A DNA stretch of 60,768 nt, filler included, from Dugesia japonica (GCA_001938525.1; 6 parts of 6 records of this genome joined end to end with filler, not necessarily neighbours in it); one strand, 5' to 3'. Shown: positions 26,371-38,609, counted from the first letter of the whole stretch. Program-made: numbers and translations. Notes: generated from the letters alone by a model not told the origin.

Positions 26371-27190
26371 GGGTTTGTTAGAAACCTTATTGCAGATGTA
26401 ATAGCTGGAGCAGTCAGAATACAGAGCTTTTATTAAACCAGTAGCCTTTTCAGTGAAAAACAAACCAAGAATATGCTTGATTATCATACTACCAAAGGCA
26501 TCAGCTATGTCTATAAACGCGATATGCAAGTTAAACTTGACATGTCTATTTGGCTCATCTAGCAGACATTGAAGCAAGAAATTGTGCTCAGAACAGCCTT
26601 CTGAGTCACCAGTACGTTTTGTTAATCATCTAACAATTTCGAATTCTGAGCTCAATTTGAGAGTTGAGATGCAAAACAGGCCATAAAAAGCTTGTATAAA
26701 CAATCAAACAAGGCTATTGGTCTCCAGGCCGAGACAAGATGGTACGAACCAATCTTGCCAAGCTTGGTTATCATTAAAGTCGAATACAATTTCCAACTGT
26801 CTTGAGTAATGCCGGAAATAATAATCTTGTTAAAAAAACTGTGAATTGTTTGACAGTTTGGTTTAACAGACTTAAGATCCTGGTGTTTAATGTTATTGAT
26901 ACCAGGAAAAGAAACAGAAACTGAAAAGAATGTTTATGATTACATTGATCTCAAGACAAACAAATTCTAAACTATCACTTCTAGTTTTCGAAGTAGGACG
27001 TAAATTCCAGTCAGTCAATTGTCCAAACTCGACATTTAAATGAAAGTTTGCTTCAACATCTTTAAGAGACGGATAGCAGTCAGCTGAAGCCTCACTCTTA
27101 ATTAATTCAAAGACTACTTGTTAATAATAGTATAAAAGATTTGTAAAGTTAAGGTCAATTTCTGCGAGGTGGTTGCATTTACGCTCTTCA
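26370..27190 (-). pseudogene. Non-LTR (R2/NeSL-like) reverse transcriptase pseudogene
   Basis: YHLVSAWRPIALFDCLYKLF, EGCSEHNFLLQ, LHIAFIDIADAFGS; related to 57972-59455. Confidence 0.8.
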
Positions 27191-27334
27191 ATTTAAAAGT
27201 TTAGATTTTTTTGTTTAATATTATGATAAATTAACATTATATCGATAAATCAACATTGCAGCTTGAAAACAGCATTATAACAGAAATATTATATTAAATA
27301 AATGTATAAAAAATAAACATGTTTTACGTGATCA

Positions 27335-29470
27335 GAATTTTGAGCACAAGAATTTTGGGCACAGAATATTGCGCACATAGAAAATTGTGCGCCATATGAA
27401 TTTATTATATGATACTATATATCAATTTATTTAATTCATTTAAATTGTTTTATTTATATTTTTTAGTCTTTAAAAGTTCTTATGTAAAAGATAAAACAAA
27501 ATTGAAAACTTGTAAAATTTTCGATTTTCATTTTTTACCTAAATAGTAACAAATTATTTAAAAATTATTAAAATAAATTCATATTTTACATGAAATATTT
27601 TAAAACAACATTTTACATGGAAATAAATCAAAGTGAAGAGCATTTCTTAATGACTATTATTAAATTAAAAATACATTGAATTTTTAAAATTTCTGGATTT
27701 TTCTACGTTTAATAATTTTAAAATTATAATTATAATTAGAAAAAAAAGAATTTAAAAATATAATAAAATTTTCATTTGTTCATTATGCTTAGGGTTTACC
27801 AAAATCTGAGGTTTTTCAAAAACAGGTTTTCGGTTATAAAAATAATCAAAAAACCGAGTTTTGGACGGGAGATATTTTTTATTAATTTAAATTTTAAAAA
27901 CATTTAAAAAACAAATAACATAAACTTAACAATTCATTTTAAAATTGTGAAATAAACAAAAAGGCTTTTAACTATAATAACAACAAAGTCTTTAATTCAA
28001 ATAATTTTTCACGAGTCTTTTCAATATTTAAGGAGCGTTTATTCATTTTCTAAATTAAAATAATTTTTGTGGAATATCAAAAACTTAACGAACAATCACT
28101 AAATCTAGATCGAATTTTTCTAGCGAAATTTGCAGCTGTGGGAAATGAATATTCACTATTTGTAGAAATTAGTTTCAAAGTCATTATAGCATTATAAATT
28201 TTTTTTCTTTCACCTATCGTTTCAAATAAATTAAATTCCTTTTTCAAATTTATTTCAGAAAAGCATCCTTTCCTTCTCGATTCCGCATTTTCATTTAACT
28301 TATCAATAAGTGATTGTAAAATAGTATTCCTAACAGGTAATTTACGAAAACAATTGACTACTATCCGAAAATTTTTAAAACTATAAATTTGTTAAGACTT
28401 AGGCTAAATTTATTTTCATTATATTTTTCATGGAGTATTTTTTGAATAAATTTTGACTCAATTTCTTTGAAGAATGTATGCACTAAATGCATTACATGAC
28501 TTTGATTATTATTAATATAGAACCCTTGATTTGTGAGATAATCTAGAATGAAAGACAAATTTGTAATTCCATTAATTGAGAATTCGCTGCTAATCTAGCA
28601 ATAAATTCATTTAAATTACGTTTATTTTGTGTGTAATCAAATATGCTTTTTTTTACATTTTTTGTAATTTATCTGTTGGTGTTTTTTATAAATCTTCAAG
28701 ACTTTCTCTTAATATTTTCAACAAATTAACTTCATGAACATTTTCAAATGACTACTAAAACTGCTGGTAGATGATCCCTTACATTTCAAATATTTTGCAG
28801 ATTTTTTACATTTCGCTTTCTTTTGGTCATCGCATTTTTCATAATAACACTTCAGAACTTTTCTTCAACATTTGGTAGAAAAAGGTATATTTTAAAAGGT
28901 ATCATTTAAATTTAATTAAATAGTTGAAATGTAATTAATGAATCAAATTTTTTAATATAAATATAAAATTTTTCATTAAATAAAAAGTGTATTATGTAGC
29001 ATGGAAGAATGTGAAAATAAAATAATATCTTTACTAGTTTCAGATATCTTCTTAAAAAAATAAAAATACACTAGTGTTGTAGGGGTTCTAGGAAGTTGTT
29101 GGGCATTATGGTTTTTTTATCTAGATTAGTCAACTTTTGAAATTAGTGATAGAGTTGTCGATTTTTAATATAGAAAGAAAATATTCGGTAGTATTTAGTG
29201 TTTTCACTATTTTCCTGTGCGAATTTAAATTGGAAAGATTAATATTATATTTATTTTATTTGTTCTTTCTTTACTTTTTATTTTTTATAAAAATAAATTT
29301 ATTAAGAAGGAACATTTGATTTTCTATATATATGGTATCATTTAATCAATTCGTATATTAATTTATATAAAAATTCATAATAATTTATATTGTGCGCAAT
29401 TTTCTATGTGAACAATTTTAGTGTGCTAAATTTCCGTGTGTGAAACTTTCTTGGGCTCAATTTCCATAGA
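27335..29470. mobile_element. Element with imperfect long TIRs built of roughly 15-bp subrepeats (MULE-like), enclosing a hAT remnant
   Basis: CACATAGAAAATTGTGCGC near 27375 is inverted as GCGCAATTTTCTATGTG near 29400. Confidence 0.45.
27790..28880 (-). pseudogene. hAT transposase remnant (BED finger and dimerisation domain)
   Basis: KAKCKKSAKYLKCKGSSTSSFSSHL (BED-like); LISTNSEYSFPTAANFARKIRSRFSDCSL (hAT C-terminus); TAGGG terminus at about 27790. Confidence 0.7.
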
Positions 29471-31831
29471 ACCGTTGTTTTGTTATTAACTGTCTGTGTA
29501 ACCAGAACTTTGGGACAGTCAATTATTGATGTTGCCCGCTCCGTCAATACAACCCAGCCCCGGCTCCACTCCATGCTCCAAGGACAGTTTAACAAAAATT
29601 ACACATCCAACAAAGTTGATAGAAAAAGAATCTTTTTATATTATAAATTAAATAAATAAACTTTATTACATATATGAATTCTTTGTAATCCTTTACATAT
29701 ATGAATACTTTATTACATATACTAATTACTAACAAACGATATCAATTTTCGTTATTTATTCTTTGAATTAAAATTGCCGAGATTACGTCTTCTTTCATTA
29801 TTAATTTTCTTTCAATATTAATTTTAGAGCTAAAAATGGTCTCTCGATATATGCTTGAATAGTTGCCATACAGGATGCCACTCGACATGCATCTTGAATT
29901 CATTCCAGATAGCAATAAATTGCCTCGAATACTGATTTAACGTTGAGCTTATCCATGCCCTCCATGATTTCACAATCTTTATAAAAAATTTTCAAACTCT
30001 ATTTCGTTGGAATTATGTATTTCTGAGATTTTTTTTCGTTATTCTGCTTATCTAGCTCTTTCTCAAAATCATCATCTTCTGAAGAATTTATGCCTAGGGC
30101 AAAGGCATGATTATTTCCTTGTCTATTTGATTTGACTGTTAATAATTGTAGTTTTTTACTCGGTTGCAATTTATTGAAACGTCGAAGAATATTCTGTTTC
30201 TCAAGCCTTTAGGCGATATCTAAGAGTCCTTTCTATAGCTTTCAATCTTTGCAATGAACTTAGTAAAATCCTATAGTATGGATCAACNNNNNNNNNNNNN
30301 NNNNNNNNNNNNNNNNNNNNNNNNNNNNNNNNNNNNNNNNNNNNNNNNNNNNNNNNNNNNNNNNNNATTAGATTCGTATTTCCTTGCATAAATTTATTTA
30401 AATAATATAATAAATCAATTTAAATAAATAAATAAGTTGTCAAAATTTTTTATTTTCGGCTTTCCCGACAAAAAATATATTATAATCTCAAATTCCATAA
30501 ACATTCAAAATTAAATGAAACAAAATAACCTCAAAGAAAAAAAATGGAATAGATTTTTAGATATGTACGCAATGTATGTATGTACTAGTTTAGTACATCT
30601 ACTNAAGTACATTTAGTGAATATATTACGTAATGTATTTTTTTAATAAACTGGAGCAGTAGAGCAATCAAAATTACTGTGCCTCAATGTTCGCTCCAGCT
30701 CCGGGAAAAACCTTGTGCTCCGATGTTCCGCGCTCCAGCTCAGAGCTCCGCTCCAATGCTCTATGTGTAACCACGAATTGTGAAAGTTTTGTTATTTTTT
30801 ACAAAAATAAATTAATTAAGAATGAACATTTGAGGTTCTATATATATATGGTATCATATAATCCACTCCAATGCTCTGTGTGTAACCATAAATTGTGAAA
30901 GTTTTGTTATTTTTCCTTGCGAAATTTAATTCTATCATAATATTAATAAAATTCGTGTTTGTTTTATTGCATTAATTTAAATATTTAATTAAAAATCTGC
31001 GTGTATTCATTTCATACATGAACACATTTTATTTCGTCATAATTTCCAAATTCATAAAATAAGTGACTTCTTGAATTTTTCAATAGATTTTTAATTAAAA
31101 TATTTAGAAAATGAAATATCAGGCCAAATGGTACAATTTAATTTTTTTAATCAAAAATATAAAACCTGAAATTAGCAGTGATGTTCAACATTCTGTTATG
31201 ATAGGTGTATTCTAAAAGAATATAGACTATTTTTGTATAGCAACTAGAATGCTGCATTGAATTTAAATCTTAAGCAATTTTCGTCATCATTGTCTCAAGT
31301 TTAATATTTCTATGTTATTCGCAGTTTTTAAAGTGTGACATACTTTAAGTAACAAGTTAAAGATGTCTGACAGATTGTGACGGATTAAGGTAAAAATCGT
31401 CAAAAATAATATGATATACTTTATGGATGGCCACTTAAAAAGTTCCTGAAAATTTTTGGTTTAATTTATGGACAGTCAATATTCTCATAAAATAAAAAAG
31501 ATTTGGAATTGAAATGCGATCTAAGATTTTTAAAACTAAAAACAATTTCTATAGTGTAAAACAATTTAAGGATTGACATAACAAATATTTTATATCAACT
31601 TTATATAAAACTTTAATTAATTAAAGTATAATTATTTATCTAAAATATGGCCGTTAACATAGCATTTGAAAATATAAATTACAAATTAAACTAACAGATG
31701 TGTATTTAATTATTAATTAAATCTAAATAAACCGCCATGAATAATTTCTTATCAAAATTATAAAATGAAAATAATTGAGAATATTTTATCTTAATTAGCT
31801 ACTTTAGAGATTTTTTTTACAAATTAATAAA

Positions 31832-32691
31832 ATGCTAATTACATATTTATTTCTATTATTAATCGGAACGGTATTTGGAGAATGGAAAATTATAAATGGT
31901 AGCACGACAAATATTCATGAATATCCATCAATGGTTTCTCTGAAAATGTTTGGAGATCATTTATGTGGTGGAACTTTAATTAATGGAAATACGGTATTGA
32001 CGGCCGCACATTGTGTTTGGGATTTTTATGAATATCGACAAAGATATTTTGATTTATACGAAATTAAAGTGGTTCTTGGTGAACATGATTTATTTCATGA
32101 AACCGGAAGAGAAAAAGCATTTGTAGTGAAAAAGATATACATTCATCCTGAATACAACAAACAAAAAGCGTATTTACAAGGAAATGATATTGCTTTGATC
32201 AAATTCAATGGTTATATTTCCGATGATGAAGTGCATTATATCAAATATAATTCATTTAAATTATATGAAGAATTGAAACCTGGTGACCGTTGTGAAATTG
32301 TTGGTTGGGGAAGCATGATGTCAGATGGGAAAAAGAAATCACAATTTTTACAAAAAGCTTATTTAGATGTAAAACATGATAGTTAATCGTTAAATATAAT
32401 TAAAAGTTTTTAATTTAGATAATAACTAATGATGAATGCGCTGAAGAATTTTATAATGTTAAAAATAATATGGCTAATTTTTGTGCAGGCAGAGGAGCTT
32501 TATCAATTGCTGCTTGTAAAGGTGATTCTGGTGGACCAATGTTTTGCCGTAATTCAAAAAATGAACTCATTCAAGTTGGGATTGTCAGTTATGGACGAGT
32601 TCCATGTGGATTCTCAAATGTTCCCACAGTTTTCACTAAACTTTCGCATTATTTCAACTGGATTGATAGTATTCTTAATTTGGATGAATAA
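31832..32691 (+). CDS. Secreted S1A (chymotrypsin-family) serine protease, 269 aa
   Basis: Exons 31832-32368 and 32419-32691, with a 50-nt GT-AG phase-0 intron (KAYLD/IITNDEC). Signal peptide, K|IING activation site, TAAHC, NDIAL, GDSGGP. TATAAAA at about 31759 and AATAAA at the stop. Confidence 0.95.
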
Positions 32692-32747
32692 ATAAAGGTT
32701 ACTGTTGAAATTTAACAATTTGAATGTATTAGTTAAATTTAAAGTCT

Positions 32748-32847
32748 NNNNNNNNNNNNNNNNNNNNNNNNNNNNNNNNNNNNNNNNNNNNTTAATTAAT
32801 TAANNNNNNNNNNNNNNNNNNNNNNNNNNNNNNNNNNNNNNNNNNNN
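32748..32847. other. Artificial scaffold-joining spacer
   Basis: 44 N + TTAATTAATTAA + 44 N. Confidence 0.95.
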
Positions 32848-33250
32848 CGGGTGAATTCTATTTGTTATACTGGATGGTAACATGTTTGCTACTTTAGGAA
32901 TCATATCAGTTACTCCACTAGATAACAAAGGCACTACATCACCAAGTTCTGCCAATGCATTAGATTTCAATGATGGTAATATTTTTTCATTATTAGCTAT
33001 TACATCTTGAGCAGTTTTCATACCAAAACTACCAATACGTTTAAGAANNNNNNNNNNNNNNNNNNNNNNNNNNNNNNNNNNNNNNNNNNNNNNNNNNNNN
33101 NNNNNNNNNNNNNNNNNNNNNNNNNNNNNNNNNNNNNNNNNNNNNNNNNNNNNNNNNNNNNNNNNNNNNNNNNNNNNNNNNNNNNNNNNNNNNNNNNNNN
33201 NNNNNNNNNNNNNNNNNNNNNNNNNNNNNNNNNNNNNNNNNNNNNNNNNN

Positions 33251-34146
33251 GTTTATACATGTTGTGGCAATCGGTAAATACATTGGATTATCAACTATTA
33301 TTTGTACTACTTCATCAGTTTCATGCTTTCTATCCATATGAGTTCAACAATACTATTATAGATGAACACTTGTTGATGCAACTTAATTATTTCCGCTTTT
33401 CTAATATCTTGCAATATACCATTAGTCATTTCTGCAGGTGAATATTGTTGTGTTTCCAATCCCAATGTTTTTTGTCAAGACTTTATCGAATGTAACCGTT
33501 TTGATATCATTTTTTAGTGACATTTGAAATAGATTAATTGATTTGAGACTAATTGTACAAAATAGTTCAGAACCACTTTCTGTTAAATATTTACTTAATT
33601 CTTCAATTTCTTTTATGTATAATTCATCTTTCAATTGTATAGTATGATTACTTACTTGAGTATATTCTTTTTTAAATTTTACAAATTCTATTGGAGAATT
33701 TTCTTTAAATGCTGTATACAGAATAGGAAAATATCCGGGTTCCATTTGGTTATTCTTATATGAGAACCCTAATCTATTTGCAATTATTTCATTTTAAAAT
33801 ATGGTAACATATGAATATTCACATTTATTAGTTAAATAACCACTTAACGCTACATAGACATTATTATTTTCATTTTTACTTACACTCAAAAATTGTTGTT
33901 TGGGATTAATTGTACACTTTATTTCATTTTTGATATATTTCTTGTAGACATTTATTGAATTTTAGACTTGCTATATAATGGAAATTTTTGATATACAAAA
34001 GTAAAATCCAACAATGCTACTTCCCAATTACTATCCATATAAATTGGATTTAGAAGCTCAACAATGAATTTACTTGCATTATTATTAGGATCAATAAGAG
34101 AACAGCTATTACTAGGTAAACGTGTATAGAAATGATTTGATGTCAT
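33251..34146 (-). pseudogene. Polinton minor capsid (penton-like) protein
   Basis: N-terminus FYTRLPSNS...NNASKFIVELLNPIYMDSNWEVAL fits the Polinton minor-capsid start (FYxxLPSN...F...L...WEVAL); frameshifted. Confidence 0.7.
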
Positions 34147-35176
34147 TATTTACTAACTGTGATGCTAATATCCAAGTGGGCTTTTGATATCCATGCGATT
34201 TTACATAATATTGTTTATTCTTTTTTGTTCATTATGATTTTATTATTTTTTCGATTCTATATTTAGTACGAGGTGGAATGACTTGTAATTCTTGCTCATA
34301 AAATTTTCCTTGTATAATATTATCTTCATAATCTCTAATTACATACATGACTGGATTTTGTTTAGTATTGATTTTCGTTATTTGAAACCCTTCATTGCTC
34401 CAATTACTATCAAAATTTCTAATGAATGAAGATACACTTATTTTTCAGATTTTAACATGGTCACCAACTTTATATTTTGGTTTCTTATTTGCTTTACTTT
34501 GATCACGTGATAGCTATCATTTTAGTTCATTGTTTGAACTTACATCAACCGGTCTTGCTCCATTTAAACCTTTATGACTAAAATGATTTTAACTATGAAT
34601 CAATTTTGACATTTATTCAGGTTTTATTATTAGTATGCACAAAGTATTTTTTCAAAGAATCTCTTAATGTTCGATTAAATCTCTCAACATGTGGCGCTTT
34701 ATACTGAAATAAACAGTATAATGGTTTATTTTTAGATGTGATAAAAGATTTTTGACTTTAGAGTTGCAAAACTCTTTACCCAAATCAGTTTGCAAATTAT
34801 CAGTTTGTCCATCTTTAAACATTGACTTAATTGCTGGTTCCATTTCATTAGCAGATTTCAATTTAACCGGAATAGCTCTTGCAAATCGACTGAATACATC
34901 AATACATGTTAAAATATACTTCTATCTTTTATTTATTTTTGAATACGAAATCATCTCCATCAAATCCATTTGCCATAAATCATCAATACCAAATATTTTA
35001 TATGCTCTTGTTGGAAATTTATTCAACATTGGTTTGTTTAAACTGTACGCCAATTGACCCGATAACCACCTTTTGGTCTTTGTTTTTGTTTTTTGTGCTG
35101 CTTTCATAAATTTTTCTACGCCATAAAAACCTGCGGGATTTTCTGCATCCGTCCATTTCGTCTTTAGTTTGCCCAT
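34147..35176 (-). pseudogene. Polinton retroviral-like (rve) integrase
   Basis: NPAGFYG, AYSLNKP, DDLWQMDL, LTCIDVFSRFA, LQTDLGKEF; C-terminal IEKIIK..YYVKSHGYQKPTWI; frameshifts. Confidence 0.9.
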
Positions 35177-35244
35177 TACAAAAATTAGATGAAAATTTTA
35201 AATCAAAATTAGGTAATCATTGTAAACCGCCCATTGTTTATTTG

Positions 35245-35530
35245 TAATTAGTTAATCTAAGTGTTGCTAATACAATGGGTAGTAATGCTGCTATTAAACC
35301 ACCTCCTTTTTTATTTTTGTATTTACAAGTGTTAATAGTGTTCTTTTATGTTTTTTCAATACTTACTTTCTAACGTTACTCATATTTACATTTCCGCGAA
35401 CAATATTTATAATAATTTCAATTAAATCATCCATAACAAACGTTGGAAATGATTTCAAAATTTGCATTCTCGTTGATTTTGAAGATTGAATTAATGATGT
35501 AAAAAATGGAATACTTCGTTGTAATTTCAT
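35245..35530 (-). pseudogene. Small basic Polinton protein (core-protein-like, ending KKGGGLIAALLPI)
   Basis: MKLQRSIPFF...DDLIEIIINIVRGNV...GGGLIAALLPIVLA; one internal stop. Confidence 0.55.
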
Positions 35531-35809
35531 TTAATATTTTAATAATATAGCTTACCTGTATTTGTTTATAACGATTTCTATTTTCCGTTTATGTTCGAAA
35601 TTTTCTTACCATACAGTTTTGTAAGTTTCTTAAAAATGTTCAACTGTTTACTTTGTTTTCTATTTCCATCCTTTTTCTTTTTAATAATACGCTATTTTGA
35701 TTGTTTATCTTTCTTCATTTTAGGAATACTTTTGATCTGATCAACTATAATTTTCTTAAATTTGTCATTTTAAAAGTATAATAATAACTTAGTTTGTTTA
35801 TACACACTA

Positions 35810-36400
35810 ACACCGTCAAGATTGAAAATATCAGTTCTCACCCTCAGTTCGTCTGGACATTGTTGTGTAAAATCGACAAAAATATAATCATGTGGATTTA
35901 TTGTTGCATCTTGAAATGATCCAATATGAAAGTGTCTATTATTAGGATAAGCCTGTCTTGCTAAAAAATTGACAGCTGTTTGATCTCATGGATTTTTAAA
36001 TAGAACCAAGTATTGTACATTTAAATTACGTATCCTATGACTTTCTCCTTGATGGAATAAATTTTTTAGTAATTAATATAACAGTAACATTACAATGTTT
36101 GTTTATTTTTGTAAATAACTTATTAAAGTCTTTTTCTTTGTTCGCCTCCTGATACAAATCATCTACTACGATAACATCACCCGGCTTCAATCTCTTGCTA
36201 TAATTTTTATCAAATCCATTAATAATTTTCATTTTAATGTTGCAAAATTTTGATTGTGTTGACCCATGCTCTTCATCTGCACCTCTGTGTCAATATATTT
36301 TGTTAAATTTTGATTTAAATAAATTTTGTTTGAGTAACTTGCATTTTTCCACTACCGCTTGGACCAAAAATTTGATAAACAGCATCTTTTCTCAATCCAT
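35810..36400 (-). pseudogene. Polinton A32/FtsK-like packaging ATPase
   Basis: Walker A IFGPSGSGK, Walker B VIVVDDL, LFTKxxxHCNVTVILIT, LNVQYLVLFKNP, FLARQAYP, YIFVD...ELRVRTDIF; frameshifts. Confidence 0.9.
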
Positions 36401-36525
36401 TTTATACAGATTTAATTTATTATATTGTTTATAATACTATTTGTCTTTGTTTAAATGAATCAATTAATTTTATTTTTAAAATATTTGTATATATATACAC
36501 TCTCATTTATAAAAAATCATTAATA

Positions 36526-37102
36526 ATGTTAATTAATATTAATTACAAAGGTTATTAATTAAGATCATTATGTTAAGCACCTTAACCAGATGTTTGGTTC
36601 ATCACACATCGCCAGTTCTGCTTATCAAAAATGGCCCACTAGACACTTGTATTCGATGTACATCTTTAATGAAGAAAAACGCACTTCGAGCCTATTTAAA
36701 GATTGAGAAAGGTAAAGATGTAACAAGCAAAATGAAATTTCCTATCTGTAAACCTTCTCAATATGATGACAAAAGTGGAAAATATACATTAATATTCTTT
36801 AAATCAGGAAATTGTCGAATAATGCGATGTAAAAGACCGTTGGAAATGGAAAATTACGGTATGATATAAAACATATTCGTTTGCAATCATTAACAATTGT
36901 AATCAATTTATAATAAATTGGCAAAAATGACAAAATGTTTTTTTGAACAAGAATTGTTTCCGCAATACGACTTACAAAGTATGATCCTGTATGTGTAAAC
37001 TTATTTTCATCAGACAAAAATTTAATACTCGGTATAAAAAATTTACACTATCAAGGATATGTAGATAATATTATTTCTGATGTATATAATTTAATTGTTT
37101 AA
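36526..37102 (+). pseudogene. Divergent TATA-binding-protein-like gene (two TBP repeats), disrupted
   Basis: Repeat 1: TLIFFKSGNCRIMRCK. Repeat 2 (one frameshift): FFEQELFP-AIRLTKYDPVCVNLFSSDKNLILGIK, versus canonical TBP YEPELFPGLIYRMxKPxxVLLIFVSGKVVLTGAK. Confidence 0.7.
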
Positions 37103-37137
37103 TTTCACAACACGAATGCACATGGTTGCAATATGCA

Positions 37138-37235
37138 TGCAAGTATAACGAAGCATTTCCTTCTTTGATTATTACTTGTTTTTTATTGGTCGATTTTAAT
37201 TGGTCTATTTGTGTTAAACAGAGAATTGTATATAA
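37138..37235 (+). promoter_or_regulatory. Putative promoter module, copy 1 (TGCAAGTA..AAGCATTT..ATTGG..TTGTGTTA..TGTATATAA)
   Basis: Similar to 38528-38609; TATA element about 50 nt upstream of ATG 37287. Confidence 0.5.
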
Positions 37236-37286
37236 CACATTACATATTTCATTTTAATCAGTTGTTAATTTAATTTTAAAAAAAAT

Positions 37287-37544
37287 ATGTATTCAATTCA
37301 AGTAGAAAATATTCGAAAGACATGTGAGGAATCGGCGGAATCAAATGGCCAGGAGGATATGATTAATGAAAAGAGTAATATTTAATTTTTTAATTATTCA
37401 TTATTTAACTTTTTTTTATTTCTAGATATTTTCGCATTAATTCATTTTCTTCAGAAAATGGTCCTGAAGAAAGAAAACTTTGAGGCTATTCTAGTGAAAT
37501 ATTATAAAGAGATGTATCTTCATGCACATTGCGAGTGTTTATAG
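37287..37544 (+). CDS. Small spliced ORF (68 aa), unknown function
   Basis: Exons 37287-37374 and 37426-37544, 51-nt GT-AG intron, frame conserved: MYSIQVENIRKTCEE...KNIFALIHFLQKMVLKK...HAHCECL*. Confidence 0.5.
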
Positions 37545-37942
37545 ATGCAAATGCATTCTATTAGAGAAGCTCATCATAAATATTTCAAATAAATGTTAAT
37601 TTAAAAATTGTTTTTATTTTGTTATTTACTTTGATTTTTAGTTATTATTTATTTTTTATTATTATTTTTAAATAGAGTTTGCTTTTTAGTTAATTTTATT
37701 ATTACGACTTTTGTTTTTAAAAAAATACTAATAGATAATAAATAATAGCTATTTAATAGAGTTTGTTATTATTTAGAGATAATGTTTTATATAATTAATT
37801 TGTCTGACGAAATATTGCTATTTAAATAGAGTTAATTAAAGAGACAAATAAAAAAAACATTTATTATAATAACAACATTTACAAAATTTATAAAATGTCA
37901 TGAATTTTCCAAATTGCAGAGTTAACTTTTCTATTAAACGAA

Positions 37943-38345
37943 TTAATGTTGTCTCCAATTTTCTTGACTCCTTTCCACCTGGATCATATATTGTTGGGAT
38001 TTTTCGAATACATTCAATTTTGATTGACTGTAATTGATGAAAACTGAATCCTTTATTGTAATTGTCCGTTCAATTCTTTGGAAAAATAAATTCAAAGTAT
38101 TCATGTCTTTGGAGCCGATATCGGATATCAACACACTATACGTAGATTGTTGTATCTTCACAGGTTGCTAAATGAAAATATTAAATAATAAAATAAATAA
38201 ATACATTTACTCGAAACATGTATACTATTAGACTCTTCAAGAATTTTATCTGGTTACCATGAAATATCGTAGGCTTTCCGTAATCCACTGCGATATTCAT
38301 AACATTATCTTTTGTTAAATAATTTTGTTTAATAATTTCTTTCAT
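37943..38345 (-). CDS. Small spliced ORF (119 aa), unknown function
   Basis: Exons 38345-38211 and 38167-37943, 43-nt GT-AG phase-0 intron: MKEIIKQNYLTKDNVMNIAVDYGKPTIF...MFR/QPVKIQQSTY...WRQH*. TATAAAA upstream and CCAAT boxes at about 38435-38480. Confidence 0.6.
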
Positions 38346-38527
38346 ATTTAAATAATGAAAATTTATTGAATGTTTTTGCTTTTATACTCAGTGTTGATAA
38401 GTATTTATTGTAAAGTTTGTGTGTGTTACTTTTTATTGGTTGGAATTGTGTTACTTTGATGATTATTGTGTTTTGATTGGTAATTCTTTGTTAAATCAAT
38501 TTAAGTGCAATACAAATAAAAAACCAT

Positions 38528-38609
38528 TGCAAGTAAACAAAGCATTTTTCAACTTTTTGATTTGTCGAATTTAACTGCACAAGTTGTGTTACATAAAATT
38601 TGTATATAA
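38528..38609 (+). promoter_or_regulatory. Putative promoter module, copy 2
   Basis: Same motif order as 37138-37235; TGTATATAA about 50 nt upstream of ATG 38659, whose reading frame enters a gap. Confidence 0.5.

Larger units (their letters stand above)
32848..36400 (-). mobile_element. Polinton/Maverick core module, degenerate
   Basis: Compact co-oriented array: packaging ATPase, small basic protein, rve integrase with chromodomain-like tail, minor-capsid-like gene, further small ORF. Confidence 0.85.
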
